Source: Octopus vulgaris
Taxonomy: Eukaryota
Direction of reading: 5' to 3'
DNA length: 64,000 nucleotides
NCBI GenBank assembly: GCA_951406725.2
Contig: OX597823.1
Span: forward strand, 39,680,001 to 39,744,000
The stretch's first letter is position 1. The number at the start of each line of letters is the position of its first letter. The notes under the pieces are model-generated. The model saw only the letters and a program-made list of their open reading frames with translations, was not told the DNA's origin and did no database searches. Both the position numbers and the translations under genes were made by a program. Positions 1-12,785 of the stretch are shown here, piece after piece.

Positions 1-510
1 CGTTCTGAGTTCAAATTCCGCCGAGGTCGACTTTGTCTTTCATCCTTTCGGGGTCGATTAAATAAGTACCAGTTACGCACTGGGGTCGATGTAATCGACT
101 TAATCCCTTTGTCTGTCCTTGTTTGTCCCCTCTATGTTTAGCCCCTTGTGGGCAATAAAGAAATAAGAAATGTTAGCATGCCGGGCGAAATGCTTAGCGG
201 TATTTCGTCTGCCGCTACGTTCTGAGTTCAAATTCCGCCGAGGTCGACTTTGTCTTTCATCCTTTCGGGGTCGATTAAATAAGTACCAGTTACGCACTGA
301 GGTCGATATAACCGACTTAATCTGCTTGTCTTTTCTTTTTTTGTCCCATCTACCGCTACGTTCTGAGTTCAAATTCTGCCGAGGTCGACTTTGTCCTTCA
401 TCCTTTCGGGATCGATAAATTAAGTACTAGATGTGTACTGGGATCGATCTAATCAACTGGCCCCCTTCCCCCAAAAATTTCGGGCCTTGTGCCTAGAGTA
501 TAAAAGATTC
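1..510 (+). mobile_element. Composite/tandem tRNA-derived SINE (family A): three fused partial units
   Basis: Core GTTCTGAGTTCAAATTCCGCCGAGGTCGACTTTG(C/T)CTTTCATCCTTTCGGGGTCGAT repeats at ~1, ~220 and ~360 (B-box-like GAGTTCAAATTCC). Tail 1 (...GCCCCTTGTGGGCAATAAAGAAATA) ends ~166; tail 2 (CCCCAAAAATTTCGGGCCTTGTGCCTAGAG) lies at ~470-510. Confidence 0.85.
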
Positions 511-522
511 TATCATTTTTAA

Positions 523-925
523 GGCGGCGAGCTGGCAGAAACGTTAGCACGCCGGGCGAAATGCTTAGCGGTATTTCGTCTGCGTTACGTTGTGAGTTCA
601 AATTCCGCCGAGGTCGACTTTGCCTTTCATCCTTTCGGGGTCGATAAATTAAGTACCAGTTACGCACTGGGGTCGATGTAATCGACTTAATACCTATGTC
701 TGTCCTTGTTTGTCCCCTCTGTGTTTAGCCCCTTGTAGGTAATAAAAAAATAGGTATTTCGTCTATCTTTACGTTCAGCGTTCAAATTCTGCCGAGGTCG
801 ACTTTGCCTTTCATCCTTTCTGGATCGATAAATTAAGTACCAGTTGAACACCATGGTCGATGCAATCGGCTTACCCACTCACCCAAAATTGTTGACCCTG
901 TGAGAAATCTAGAAACCAATATTAT
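523..925 (+). mobile_element. SINE family A dimer (full unit with tail 1 fused to partial unit with tail 2)
   Basis: Head GGCGGCGAGCTGGCAGAAACGTTAGCACGCCGGGCG at 523, core, tail 1 to ~752, then restart at GGTATTTCGTCT with a second core. Confidence 0.85.
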
Positions 926-2889
926 TACGTGTATATATTCTGAGATAAAATATTGCGTTCGATTTCCCGCACATCTCTCTCCATTTTTGAAAGGGAACTA
1001 TGTTGAAAAATAAACCTCAATTGGTCGCATTCCATGAGATTATCTTGGTCAACCTATTAACTTTTCAGCTGACCCTCGTGTACCTACAAGCACTATTTTT
1101 TTAACTGTTTTAACAAGATAAGCATGTGTGTGTGTGTGTGTGTGTGTGTGTGATTTTACTGATATCGACTTCGAAGTTTCGCCAGGAGTTGGATAAACTG
1201 CTGGTGAAACTTTGAAGTCACCAACAATAAAATCACAAATAATATCTGACACTGCATACGTTGTAATGATTTTTTGACTGAGAGCAAATCTCTTCATAGA
1301 CATATTGTGTTAAAAAGACAATATATCGAAGTGAAGCGAACATCGTCAGAGCAGTGGCTCATGGAAACGACGTTAGACACGTTTCACCTTTTTCGGAGAG
1401 GGGGAGGCTTGTCAATAACTAGTACACATTTGACATGTGAGTGTGTGTATACATAAAGAATACACACATAAACACACATACACATATATATGCATACACA
1501 CACACACACACACACACCCTCATGCACACATATAAGGAGATGTGTCTGTATCTCCTCGAAAAATCATAGAGAAGCGAGGCAAGTGAAGATAAAGAGTAGC
1601 AGAAATCTCCAGATAAAGGACCAAAGATTTCAATCTCTGAATGAGATTGGATGAAAATTGCACTATTAGAAGCTATAAATTTTGGTTACGATTAAAATAA
1701 TAAATCGAAAATCTGGAGACTGGGCGAAGTTTGTAAAAGTCGTTTATTGGAGCAACCAACTTAAAATGTGGCTTTGGTGCTTCACTTTCTGTCTTTGAAC
1801 ACCATACATCTTTGCTTTCCTTTCGGTGTTGTTACTTTGCGACAGAGAAATGGAAAAGTTATAGTGGAAAATGATCACCTTCACTAATTCCACTAATGTC
1901 TTTTTTCTTTTTTTGTTTTAAGTATTTCTTACTTTTTAAAAAAATACATCATGATTTCACACATTCGGACAATGCTGATTCTTGAAATGATAGCAAGCAG
2001 TATTGATGCAACTAGGGAATGTTCGAGTTACTTTGGCCCACCGGCTAGCTCACTTTCTCTCTCTTCTTCCATACAGCAGCAAGGGTGTGTGTATATATAT
2101 GTGTGTATGTGTGGAGTATAAACATAAGAAGTCATACAATACATATGCATAAATGCATACACACAATATGATGTGTGTGAGTGAAATTTTTTGACTGGAG
2201 ACAGTTGGTGCTGCCACTTACAGTTGTTTCCAGAGAGAGAGAGAGAGAGTGTGTGTGTGTGTGTGTGTGCATGTGTGTGTGTGTGTGTGTGTGTGTGTAC
2301 TAATGATGTGATGATTTCGGGAAATCATCACATCCAGAGAAAACGCGATAAGTAGACACTCCGTGGTAATCATATCATGTAAGCATAAAAGCAAAACATT
2401 GTTTCTGGTATTCGAAAAGAAAAATTGAGAAACGGAATAACATCAACCGCCCTTAGCATATCATAGAACAAGGAAGGGACACAAGCAAATAAACAAACAA
2501 ACCAGACCAATATTTAGGATGTTATATGCTATAGCAAGAGAAACAATTACGAATGCATCCTAGGAAAGTCTCATTTATCAATTCAGACAATAAACCCCAA
2601 CACCTGATAGCTGTAGTGGCTGTACCAGCTGACGTGTCAACTTCAGAATTCAATGAAGATAGTCACACCTTAAATGAGATCGGAACAAAGGAATGTGCTA
2701 CCCATCCTTGACATCTGCAGACTGAATAGCAAAGAAGTCCAACATCGCCTTACACACCTCCATCCCCCATATAACTACCATTCATTCCATCACCTTCCCC
2801 TCCTCCCCACTAAATCCACTCAGAAATACACACGTACCTCAATCAACCATCGTATTGGTCAAAAAGGGTAAACACCACCTCTGTCAAAC

Positions 2890-3060
2890 ATCCAACAAAA
2901 GTTCCTGGCTTTGGATAAAAGAAAAAAAACAGGAGGATCACCTAATCATGATTTTATTCAACATATTCCCATCTCCGATTCATACACTTACAGCGCTCCT
3001 TCAGTTTTCTAAGCCCTGTAAAAGAACCTGGAAGCCAGGAACTTTTCAGCACATCCTCAT
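2890..3060 (-). mobile_element. Mariner-derived MITE (same family as 41582-41797)
   Basis: TIR-like AAAAGTTCCTGGCTTT ... AAGCCAGGAACTTTTCAGCAC; the interior is the reverse complement of the 41582 element. Confidence 0.7.
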
Positions 3061-3065
3061 ACATA

Positions 3066-3365
3066 AGGGTAAAGACCCCCTTCGGTCATGTGTGACCATG
3101 GGTTTGCACCTAGAGAGTTACCCTCTGAGGCACAAGTCTGGGCAAGGTTGTTTTTATGGAAGACCAGTGTTATCCAAGGGAAAGACAAAGGTCGATACAG
3201 CTTGGCACCAGTGACGTCGCAACTCATTTCTACAGCTGAGTGAGCTGGAGCAACGTGAAATAAAGTGCTTTGCTCAAGAACACAACACGCAGCCCGGTCC
3301 GGGATTCGAACTCACAACCTCACGATCGTAAGCTCGACGCTCTAACCACTGAGCCATGCGCCTCC
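3066..3365 (-). mobile_element. tRNA-derived SINE (family C, CORE-like body) with LINE-like 3' tail
   Basis: Minus strand GGAGGCGCATGGCTCAGTGGTTAGAGCG...GAGTTCGAATCCCGG (A and B boxes), then GTTGTGTTCTTGAGCAAAGCACTTTATTTCACGTTGCTCCAG. Confidence 0.8.
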
Positions 3366-3377
3366 TCATACATACAT

Positions 3378-3403
3378 ACATATATATATACATATATATA
3401 TAC

Positions 3404-3483
<80 letters not shown>
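3378..3483. repeat. (TA)n microsatellite
   Basis: Direct reading. Confidence 0.95.
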
Positions 3484-3484
<1 letters not shown>

Positions 3485-3485
<1 letters not shown>

Positions 3486-3630
3486 TCCAAAATAACAATA
3501 ACACTAAAAGCAAGAAAAATAAAACAGAGACAGATGAGGAAACAACTAACAAGGTATATTATTTTGACGCTCAGGTAAAATGCAATAAGTCTTTGACATT
3601 TCGGGCCTACGCTCTTCCACAGAAATGAAT
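3485..3630 (-). mobile_element. Penelope-like-associated fragment with minimal hammerhead-like motif
   Basis: Abuts (TA)n. Minus strand CTGTGGA-A-GAGC-GTAG-GCCC-GAAA-TGTC; homologous to 48140-48350. Confidence 0.45.
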
Positions 3631-4373
3631 GAAGAGAGAAAACTGGTGGGGGAGAGGAACAAAAGTGCCTGGATTAATGACTGCATCTACTAAATCGACC
3701 AGAAAGAAGGAAGTCTTCGGAGATATGGTTGACAAGGAAAACAAAAATAATCTGGGCTGAAGTGTGTGCACGCAAGCTTGTATGTATATGCGAAGAGAAC
3801 GTGTGTGTATGTGTGTATCAGCCTTGGCTGTTAATATACGTAAATTGGTGACGTCATGGTTATTTTAGAATATAAAATTAAATTGGCTGGTGCTAGTTTG
3901 TTCTTTGATATCAACATATATTCTGGTCACCCTGTGAAAATTGGAGCATTGATTATCAAACATAAAAAATATTTTTATCAACAATTCGAAGGCATTAATG
4001 TTTGAGGTTAAAAACCCTGAGAGTTTGGATTATCTAATAAAGTGATACTTATCTCATTTTGAGAAAGTAAGTCGAACAAACGTCGTCTTTATTTTAGGAG
4101 TGTAATGAATACTATACTGACTCCAGAACTTGAAATTTACTCGTTTTATTCGATTTCTGCAGGAATGTGGGATTTGAACTCGGAAGGAAACGATACATAT
4201 AAGAAAACATTTCCACCAGTTTTAATGTAATAATAACGGTTATACATATATATGTGCACATGTTTATTTGTATATGTATACACACATATATATGAATAAA
4301 TAAATATATGTATATAGGTATGTACGTATTATGCATGTATTTGTATGTAGGTATATATGTATGATAGTATGTT

Positions 4374-4434
<61 letters not shown>

Positions 4435-4785
4435 GCTTCCCCACAACACAAATATACATACATACATACATACATACATACATTCACACATATACACACA
4501 GATACACACACACACACACACACACACTTATATTTCCTAGAATTGCATTCTCTGTCTCTACTTTTTCTATAACTCAGATATAAAATGTTCTGTAACGACT
4601 ATAGATTATAAATCATTATCAACACAATAACATCCATATTTGCAAAAGTTTAGACTTCACTTCCTCCTCATTAATCGTTGCAACCCGATATCTTCCTTCC
4701 TTCCGCAAGTCCTAATATACATTTTGAAATTGAATTTCTTTCATCCGCCCTCTTATATGCAATTAAGAATATCTATGCAATCCGA

Positions 4786-4980
4786 AGGTGGCGAGCTGGC
4801 AGAACACTTAGCATGCCGGGTAAAATGCTTATCGGCATTTCATCCGTCCTTACGTTCTGAGTTCAAATTCTCTTGAGGTCAACTTTGCCTTTCATCCGTT
4901 TCGCACTGTGGGTTGATGTAAGCAATTTACCTCTTCTTAGCAGTTACTGGCCTCGTGCCCAAATTTGAAATCAATATTTC
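4786..4980 (+). mobile_element. SINE family A, diverged
   Basis: GGTGGCGAGCTGGCAGAA head, core, tail-2 remnant. Confidence 0.75.
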
Positions 4981-5104
4981 CGGTTTGACTTTCTGAATTC
5001 AAATCTTTCCGACGTCAACTAGCCCCATCTTCACAAATTTCAGGCCTGGTATCTGTAGTTGAGCGAAACATCTAAGCAGCTCAAGCTTGCTAGATATACA
5101 TACC

Positions 5105-5335
5105 TATTTCTTTAATACCCACAAGGGGCTAAACACAGAGAGGACAAACAAGGACAGACAAACGGGTTAAGTCGATTACATCGACCCCAGTGCGTAACTG
5201 GTACTTAATTTATCGACCCCGAAAGGATGAAAGGCAAAGTCGTCCTTGGCGGAATTTGAACTCAGAACGTAGCAGCAGACGAAATACTGCAAAGCATTTC
5301 GCCCGGCGTGCTAACGATTCTGCCAGCTCGCCGCC
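5105..5335 (-). mobile_element. SINE family A, full length with 18-bp TSD
   Basis: Direct repeat TTGCTAGATATACATACC at 5087-5104 and 5336-5353 flanks a complete head-core-tail 1 unit. Confidence 0.9.
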
Positions 5336-7214
5336 TTGCTAGATATACATACCAGTGACATTTAGGTGCCATACCTGATGCTTATTGCTGCATTTAGTTT
5401 GCTTCCCCATTTCCAATATTTTATATCACAGTTGCTTCATTTTCAAGATTGATAGAGTAGTGGTAGTGAATGGATCTCCGTCATTTTATTGACTGAATTA
5501 CCCGCTCCTGAATTTATGTATAAATGGATGGGTTTTCACCAAATACTTGTACATAACCAGTAGCAGCAATTTAATTGTTTCTCAAGAAATATATCCATCA
5601 CGTGAATCTCCTCATGTTAACGTACAACAAAGCCCATATTTCTTATATGGTTAACCAGTGCGGTGTAAATCATAGAATATGAACCTGTCACCCGAGTAGA
5701 AGAGATCAGTCTATTTCCAAATAAAGTATATTGCTTTGTTGATAGTTTTGGCCGATCGAGATGAAACTGACCGACGTGTTAAGAGTTAGCTCTTCAATAA
5801 TTTAATAAGTCACAAAAAAATGAGCATGGATTACATTAACATTGCTCTGTTCAGTTAACCTGGTTAGGACTAGGTTTATTCATCGAAGTAGCTAATAAAA
5901 GAATACTAAAGGCCTAGAAAAATGTCATATGTTAAGAGACAAAAACAAGATCTTGAGTTGAGCCACAAAAGATTCATACTGAGTTCCAAAAGAAAGCTTT
6001 ATGTTGTACCACAAAAAAATGTCTTGTGTTGAAATATGTTGTACTTTTGCCAGTACACCATATTACGAATGAAAACGATTCACCATCATTGCTTAGACGA
6101 TGATATCAAGCAATGTTCTTGTACTTTGTGATGACATAAGAGATTATTGGTAAAATGTGCTAAGAGAATTAATCATTTGTCAATATCTTTCACTGAAATC
6201 TTCAGACTCAAAGGCGGATACATTTCATGGTATGAGTGAGAAGATGGTGATGGGATAAGCCTTATACCCTGACCACACACGATATGGTACATTAAATCAA
6301 GTATCTTTTGCATGCTATTTAGAGTTTAGTTAAATTATAGCTTAAACATTGATGCTAATGGTTTAATTATAGCCGAAATTTTTACTGTAAAATTAGTAGA
6401 TTAATTGTAATTGAAATCCGAATGTTAATTTTATTGTGAGTTTCATTTATTTTATGGTGAATAAAAACAAACAGAAAAGTTGTGAATCTCACAAATACCC
6501 AAACTCTCTTTGTGTTCTCTGTAACTATTACTTACACGCTTGAAAAGGGTGGGCTTATACATTCTAATCAGGGAGTTAAGAAATGTCTTCTCATCACATT
6601 GCACCCGTATTAAATAGTTTATTTCAAAACAGATTTTGTTTAGAATTATAACGATGTAGTGTTTCTTGATATTATAAACTTGTAATGTTCCTTCGGTGAG
6701 TGAATGCTGCACGCTGATTCGTTGAAAATGATCCCCTGCTGCCATTTTTACATAAACACCTAAGCAGTCTCCACAAAATTAAAGAGTTCACTAGTTTGAC
6801 ACTGAAGTATATATCAATTACATCTTATATAATAATAATATTTAAAAAGTAAGTCGTTCCTCCCTATCGTTTTCACCGCAATCCCCACAATACCATTGAT
6901 AACTAAGAAAAAATCCAAAAGGTCATGTATTTTTTAGACTGTTTTATTCTCATTTAAAAAAAAGCTTTTATTGATTTTTGTGTCTTTTTCTTCTTTTAGA
7001 GAGTTGGTTTCATACACTGACATTCATAATTTCGAATTTATTAAGTAATATTTACTTTACATTCGAACATACTTTTCATCTGGCTCCAAATACAAGAAGA
7101 ACAACGAATAATGAATGGTCTTGTATTTTCTTCTTTCTATCAAATAAACACAGGTGCACAGATGATATCACAAAAATGTACCTAGAGCATATATGCGCTG
7201 CCTGCGCGCCTGTG

Positions 7215-7323
<109 letters not shown>

Positions 7324-7994
7324 GCACATAAAGAGAGTTGTATAAATTATGGCTTCAGAAAATCGTGAGGCTATCACAGTAAGCTCCTCATTTAGAAGCA
7401 GCTATCACGTAGCAATCAAATACAATCTACTGTAATGGAATGTGCCCTTATAACTGAAAAGTTCAGAAAATCCGAGCGATAAATTATTCAGTGAGGAGTA
7501 TACAAAATATAAAGTCAGATGTGAGAGGCGAAAATAGATCTATTTATCGATGTGACTTCTATATGATTACGGCTGTTTCGTGCCCTTCTTCGTGTAGTAT
7601 TAGTTCCAGTAGGCAAAAGAAAATATAGGTATATGTTTGCATCAATACGTATGCTCTGCATTATACAATGCAATTGTATATTTACAAATTGATGCAAATG
7701 AAGAAACGTTAACTCACCAGATCACCGGAACATTTTGGTTACATCTACGTCCACCTCCCACACTTCCGAATGAGAAAGTGAGAAAATCTCATGCAATAAA
7801 GAACTCTCTGGAACTGAAATGCCATTAAAGAAAAGACTATTTTCTCCTGAAAACAACAGAACAGCTCATACACTCATACACGCACACACATATATACATA
7901 GTTATGTACATATATCTATGTATGCATATATATATATATTAATACACACACGCACATACACTCACACACACCCATACACATATACACACATATA

Positions 7995-9070
7995 CACGAG
8001 GGTAAGTCAAAATTGATACGTTCTCTTGTTTCTGTTATTTATTAAAATAAAAGTAAGGGTTGAATAATTACATCATTTTCGACATAGTTTTCTTGCTTTT
8101 CGCTTCACTTCTTCCATCGCGCCAAAAGCTTGCTTATTTCATCAAGGAAGGTTTCGATTGGTCTCTCAGCTATTTATTCATTACATCTTGCGCTTATTCG
8201 TTCGTAGCGAATCGACGACATTGTAGAGAGTGTTTTGAATGGTTCAAAGAAGTGATAGTCGGAAGGGGCGATATGTGGAGTGTATTCAGGGTGTTCCGGA
8301 AACACGAAACCCAATTTTTCAAGGGCTTCGTCGGCGTATCAGTAGTATGTGAGAGTACATCATCGTGTAACAGTAACACTTGCTTTGACAATAAATAGAC
8401 CTACACTTTTGATGCAAATTGATGGTTTCACTTTGTTGGCCAGCATTTCACTGTATCCTACACTGGTCTCTGCAGAGTCCTTTTCCTGGTAATGTTCCCG
8501 TATAAACCCTTTTGCGTTTCCCCCAACAACCGATTAGCATCACTTTTTCTTCGGAAGGTCGAGTCTTGAATTTCTTTTTCGCTGGCGATTTCGGGTTTTT
8601 CCACTCCATACTCTGCCTTTTGGATTCTGGCTGAAAGTGATGAACCCGGTCTCATCCCTTGTGACTATTCTCTTCATCTCGCTTTTATCTTTGTAGCTAT
8701 CGAGTAACCAAAGCTTGTCGTAGATGATTCCGTATGCAGACCCACGACTAATTTTCAGAGAAACATGCCACCTCATCGATGGTCACTCATCGATTCACTG
8801 GAGACATCTTTCGAGCTTATTGAATCTTCATGTCAGTGATGGAGGTCGATGGCCGTCCTACTCCCTCTTCGTGTTTCGTTTCATGCTCGTCTGGACATTT
8901 TAAAACTTCTCTATCCATTCACACACTTTACGCGGTAGAGCGCTATCTCCGTATTGTACCGAGAGCTTGCAATTTCAGAGATTTCAGTCCCTGAGGCATC
9001 TTTAGAACAGAGAAACAGAGTCACTGATTTCCTCCTTGGTGCACACTGACAGTAGAGTGGGTATGTTTAC
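7995..9070 (-). pseudogene. Decayed mariner (DD34D) transposon
   Basis: TIR-like CGAGGGTAAGTCAAAA after TA at ~7995. Minus-strand frames give RIVTRDET (~IVTGDETW), LLLHDD..SH (~LHDNARPH), and HPEYTPHIAPSDYHFF (~YSPDLAPSDYHLF) in a shifted frame; many stops and frameshifts. Confidence 0.8.
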
Positions 9071-9503
9071 TCTGTAACACAAGAAAGAAAATGGAGTGAT
9101 CAAGGGCAAAACGCATGCAAACTTATAAACACGCAAACTAGCTGAGTGGTTAAGTCGTTTGTGTCATAATCCTGGGGCTCCAGATTCGACCTCGTCACGT
9201 GGAATCTTCGGTAGACATTTTATCATAGTCTCGGATCAACATAAACTTTGTTAGTGAAATTGGACGCACACAATCAGTGGAGGTCATCAGATGGCTTATG
9301 CCTAGTCTAAACTTGACAGCTATTGTGTCTCACTAATACGGCATGAGAACTACTTTGATGGTTCTATGGAATTAAATATTATTTTAACTAGTAGGCAGTA
9401 CAGATGACCGATCAACTGAATGCTCATAGTCGAAACCGATGGAGGTTTTACCATCATAGATATCGTTATCATTTCATTATCTATCTATCTGTCTGTCTAT
9501 CTA

Positions 9504-10399
9504 CGTGGTCTGATCAATAAGTATCCGGATTGTTGCTATATTAACGAAGCTAAAGCGCGCAGAGTAAAATCGATTGGCACAGATTGACATGACACTCTGT
9601 GGTGCACGCGCACTAAGTTTTAACATTCTAGCTTACTTCTGCTGTTTACAGCAGTGCTTGGAAGGAAGGTGTGTAGAGTATGATCGTCACATTGACCATG
9701 ACAGAGAAAGTTGAGCAGAGAATCTGTATCAAATTTTGCCAAAAGCTTTGGCGACACCTGCTCAGAGGCCTACGCAAAGTTTTCAAAAAGCTTTCATCGT
9801 TCTCGACACACTTAAGGTGATCTTATGCAACTGGAACCCGACTGTTATTTTGGTCAACAGAAAACAGTTTTTGCACAAACTTGGCAGACACACCTGTAAT
9901 ACCTAAATCTTCAGTGATAATGGGCTGAACTTAGCCGTAACTAATCTGCACATCCTCTGATAACTCACGGATGATGATTCGACGATTTCCCTTCACAGTT
10001 GCAAACACATCTGCGATGTATTTCCCAGTTCTGATGGTTGCGGGTCTCCCAGAATGTACGTCAATATCGACAGTCATCCGACCATCTTGGACACCTTTGA
10101 ACCATTCGTACACTTATGTGCGGCTCATACACTCCTGTCCATACACTTTCTGCAACTTTGCGTAGTCCTCTGAGCAGGTATCGCCATGGCAACTTTCTCT
10201 GTCATCGTCAATGCGACCATCACACGCCACACACGTTCCTTCCAAGTACTGCTGTAAGAAGCGGAAGTGAGCTAGAATGTTAGAACTTAGTGCGCATACA
10301 CAGCGGATGTTACGGTCAATCTATACCAAACGGCTTTACTCTGCAGGCTTTAGCTTCGTTACTATGGTAACAATCCGGATACATGTTGATCAGACCTAG
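9504..10399. mobile_element. Mariner-derived non-autonomous element with ~280-bp inverted ends (two 5' ends)
   Basis: TA|CGTGGTCTGATCAATAAGTATCCGG ... CCGGATACATGTTGATCAGACCTAG|TA. Both arms carry transposase N-terminal sequence (MTEKVEQRICIKFCQK on +); the minus strand continues YEWFKGVQDGR..SGRP..RRIIIRELS (mariner HTH region). Confidence 0.85.
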
Positions 10400-10405
10400 T
10401 ATATC

Positions 10406-10449
<44 letters not shown>

Positions 10450-10452
10450 TAC

Positions 10453-10488
<36 letters not shown>

Positions 10489-11003
10489 GGGGGGAGGGGG
10501 AAGAAAGTAAGAAAGAATGAAACAGGAAAGACGGAAGGTGGGAGAGAACTGAAATTGGTCCAGTGGCCTTTTACTCTGGACCGGCTTTTATACACTATTC
10601 TATGTATTCCTTAACAACGGACACTCACATACATATATATATATATATATGTTATATATATATATATATACATTTATACACACATATATATAAGCATGTG
10701 TGTGTGTGTGTGTCTATATATACATACACACACATACGCACATAATACGCTTCATGTAACTCTATCTAGCTGTATAAAAGAGAAACATGCCATTGCTATC
10801 AGATGAGATTATTCGTTACACCAGTGAGAGTTGTCCGTCCGTCATGTCGGAGATTCTGTGTGCTTTACGCTTAATCCCTTTCTCGTGACATTAAGCTTTA
10901 GAAACAAATCCTTCACTGTGAATGAGAAATATCAATTTATCACTGATTTTTAGCTCATTCTTTAATCCATTGAAACAATACTATCCCTCTCACTGAAACA
11001 ATA

Positions 11004-11423
11004 GGCGCAGGAGAGGCTGTGTGGTAAGTAGCCTGTCTACCAACCACATGGTTCCGGGTTCAGTCCCACTGCGTGGCACCTTGGGCAAGTGTCTTCTACT
11101 ATAGCCTCGGGCCGACCAAAGCCTTGTGAGTGGATTTGGTAGACGGAAACTGAAAGAAGCCCTTCGTATATATGTATATATATGTATGTATGCGCGTGTG
11201 TGTTTGTGTGTCTGTGTTTGTCCCCATAGCATTGCTTGACAACCGATGTTGGTGTGTTTATGTCCCTGTTACTTAGCGGTTCGGCAAAAGAGACCAATAG
11301 AATAAGTACTGGGCTTACAAAAGAATAAGTTCCGGGGTCGAGTTGCTCGATTAAAGGCGGTGCTCCAGCATGGCCGCAGTCAAATGACTGAAACAAGTAA
11401 AAGAGTAAAAGAGAAAAGAGTAA
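11004..11423 (+). mobile_element. tRNA-derived SINE family B (CORE-like), full length
   Basis: GGCGCAGGAGAGGCTGTGTGGTAAG...GGTTCAGTCCCACTGCGTGGCACCTTGGGCAAGTGTCTT, internal TA/TG tract, (AAAGAGT)n-type tail. Confidence 0.85.
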
Positions 11424-12009
11424 TACTTTAGAGCGCACCAATAAAAGCAACCGTGAACTGTTCCTCTCCAGCAATTTTTATTTACTTCTCGAACCAAATT
11501 GTAACCCTTCAATCCAATTATGGGCAAGCTGCGGCCCGCGGTACTTTGTTATAGCATACGCTTAACGAATTTTATCGTGAATACTGTTGATTGTGCAGCC
11601 CGCTTTGAAAACGGTTGCCAAGATATATTCTTAATCGTCACTCAACCAGTTAGAAATAACAATTCAATTTCTATCTGCCTCTCTCTCACTGTCTCTCTCT
11701 CTCTCACACACACACACACACGCACACACACGCACACACACACGTACACACACAGACACATACGCACAAACACACACACACATACACTCTCATTCTCTCT
11801 CTTATTCTCTTTCTCATTCTCTCTCTCTTTCACTCCCCCCTCTATCCCTCTCACTCTCTTTCTTCCCTCCCCCTCTTCCCCTTTCTCCCTCTATCTCTCC
11901 CTCTCTCTAAACCTATCTGTTCCATCTGTGTATAGATATCTATCTATCAATCTTATAAATCTATCTATTATATACAGATGTGTGTATGTTTGTGTTTGTG
12001 TTTGTGAGT

Positions 12010-12031
12010 GTGTGTGTGTGTGCGTGCATGC

Positions 12032-12105
<74 letters not shown>
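12010..12105. repeat. (TG)n microsatellite
   Basis: Direct reading. Confidence 0.95.
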
Positions 12106-12109
<4 letters not shown>

Positions 12110-12246
12110 CGTGTTATGCATAGATGCGATGCCCGTTACCAGAATTTCGGACCCGAATCAAATAGAACAAACCGCTCCAAATCCTTGTCGTGGTATCCGA
12201 GTGAATGGATTAAGGACTGACTAGAGTCGTATAATATATATAGAAA

Positions 12247-12471
12247 TGAAGTCAAACCGAGAATAATACTTTTGATGTAATCCGTACGTACGTTTCAGAG
12301 TATTGCGCAACAGATAAAAGTGTTATTTCATCTCTTAGGCAAAATCTTAATCAGTTTTGATAAGTCTTAAGTGAGGAAGATTTCGCGCTAGAGATGAAAT
12401 GTTTATCTATTGCGCATTTGAAACGTACGCGTTAAATGATTTCAAAAATACCATTACTTGGTTTGACTTCA
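12247..12471. repeat. Old imperfect foldback (MITE-like palindrome)
   Basis: Nested inverted blocks: TGAAGTCAAACC/GGTTTGACTTCA, CGTACGTTTCA/TGAAACGTACG, TGCGCAACAGATAAA/TTTATCTATTGCGCA, ATTTCATCTCT/AGAGATGAAAT. Confidence 0.75.
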
Positions 12472-12483
12472 CGCGCACGCACG

Positions 12484-12516
<33 letters not shown>

Positions 12517-12529
12517 TTAGATAAGTTTC

Positions 12530-12710
12530 AGCCGAAATTGGCCTAGGCTGTGTATACACGACGAGTTTCCTCATAGTATTCGCCTTCCAAATTCACTCGC
12601 ATGGTATTGATCACCCCGAGGCTACGGTAGAAGATGGTTACCCAAGGTGCCGTGCAGTGGTGCTGAATCCGAAACCACGCGGTTGCAGAGCAATCTTCTT
12701 AACCACACAC
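12530..12710 (-). mobile_element. SINE family B fragment
   Basis: CCCAAGGTGCCGTGCAGTGGTGCTGAATCC...CTTAACCACAC matches the reverse complement of the family B head. Confidence 0.65.
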
Positions 12711-12785
12711 ATACAATTTATCAAAATACCTTTATCAAAACTCAGCCAGAATTCCATTTAGTTTTGAAACTTGATTCAAATAGAC

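Noticed and set aside
2330-2720. Possible degenerate Penelope GIY-YIG coding remnant
   Set aside because: Only a vague resemblance across frameshifts; needs tBLASTn/HMM support.
3290-3365. tRNA gene
   Set aside because: tRNA-like SINE head continuing into a SINE body; same for 12861 and 63340.
5650-6760. Unique-looking stretch, possibly an old transposase or exon
   Set aside because: No recognisable motif in any frame.
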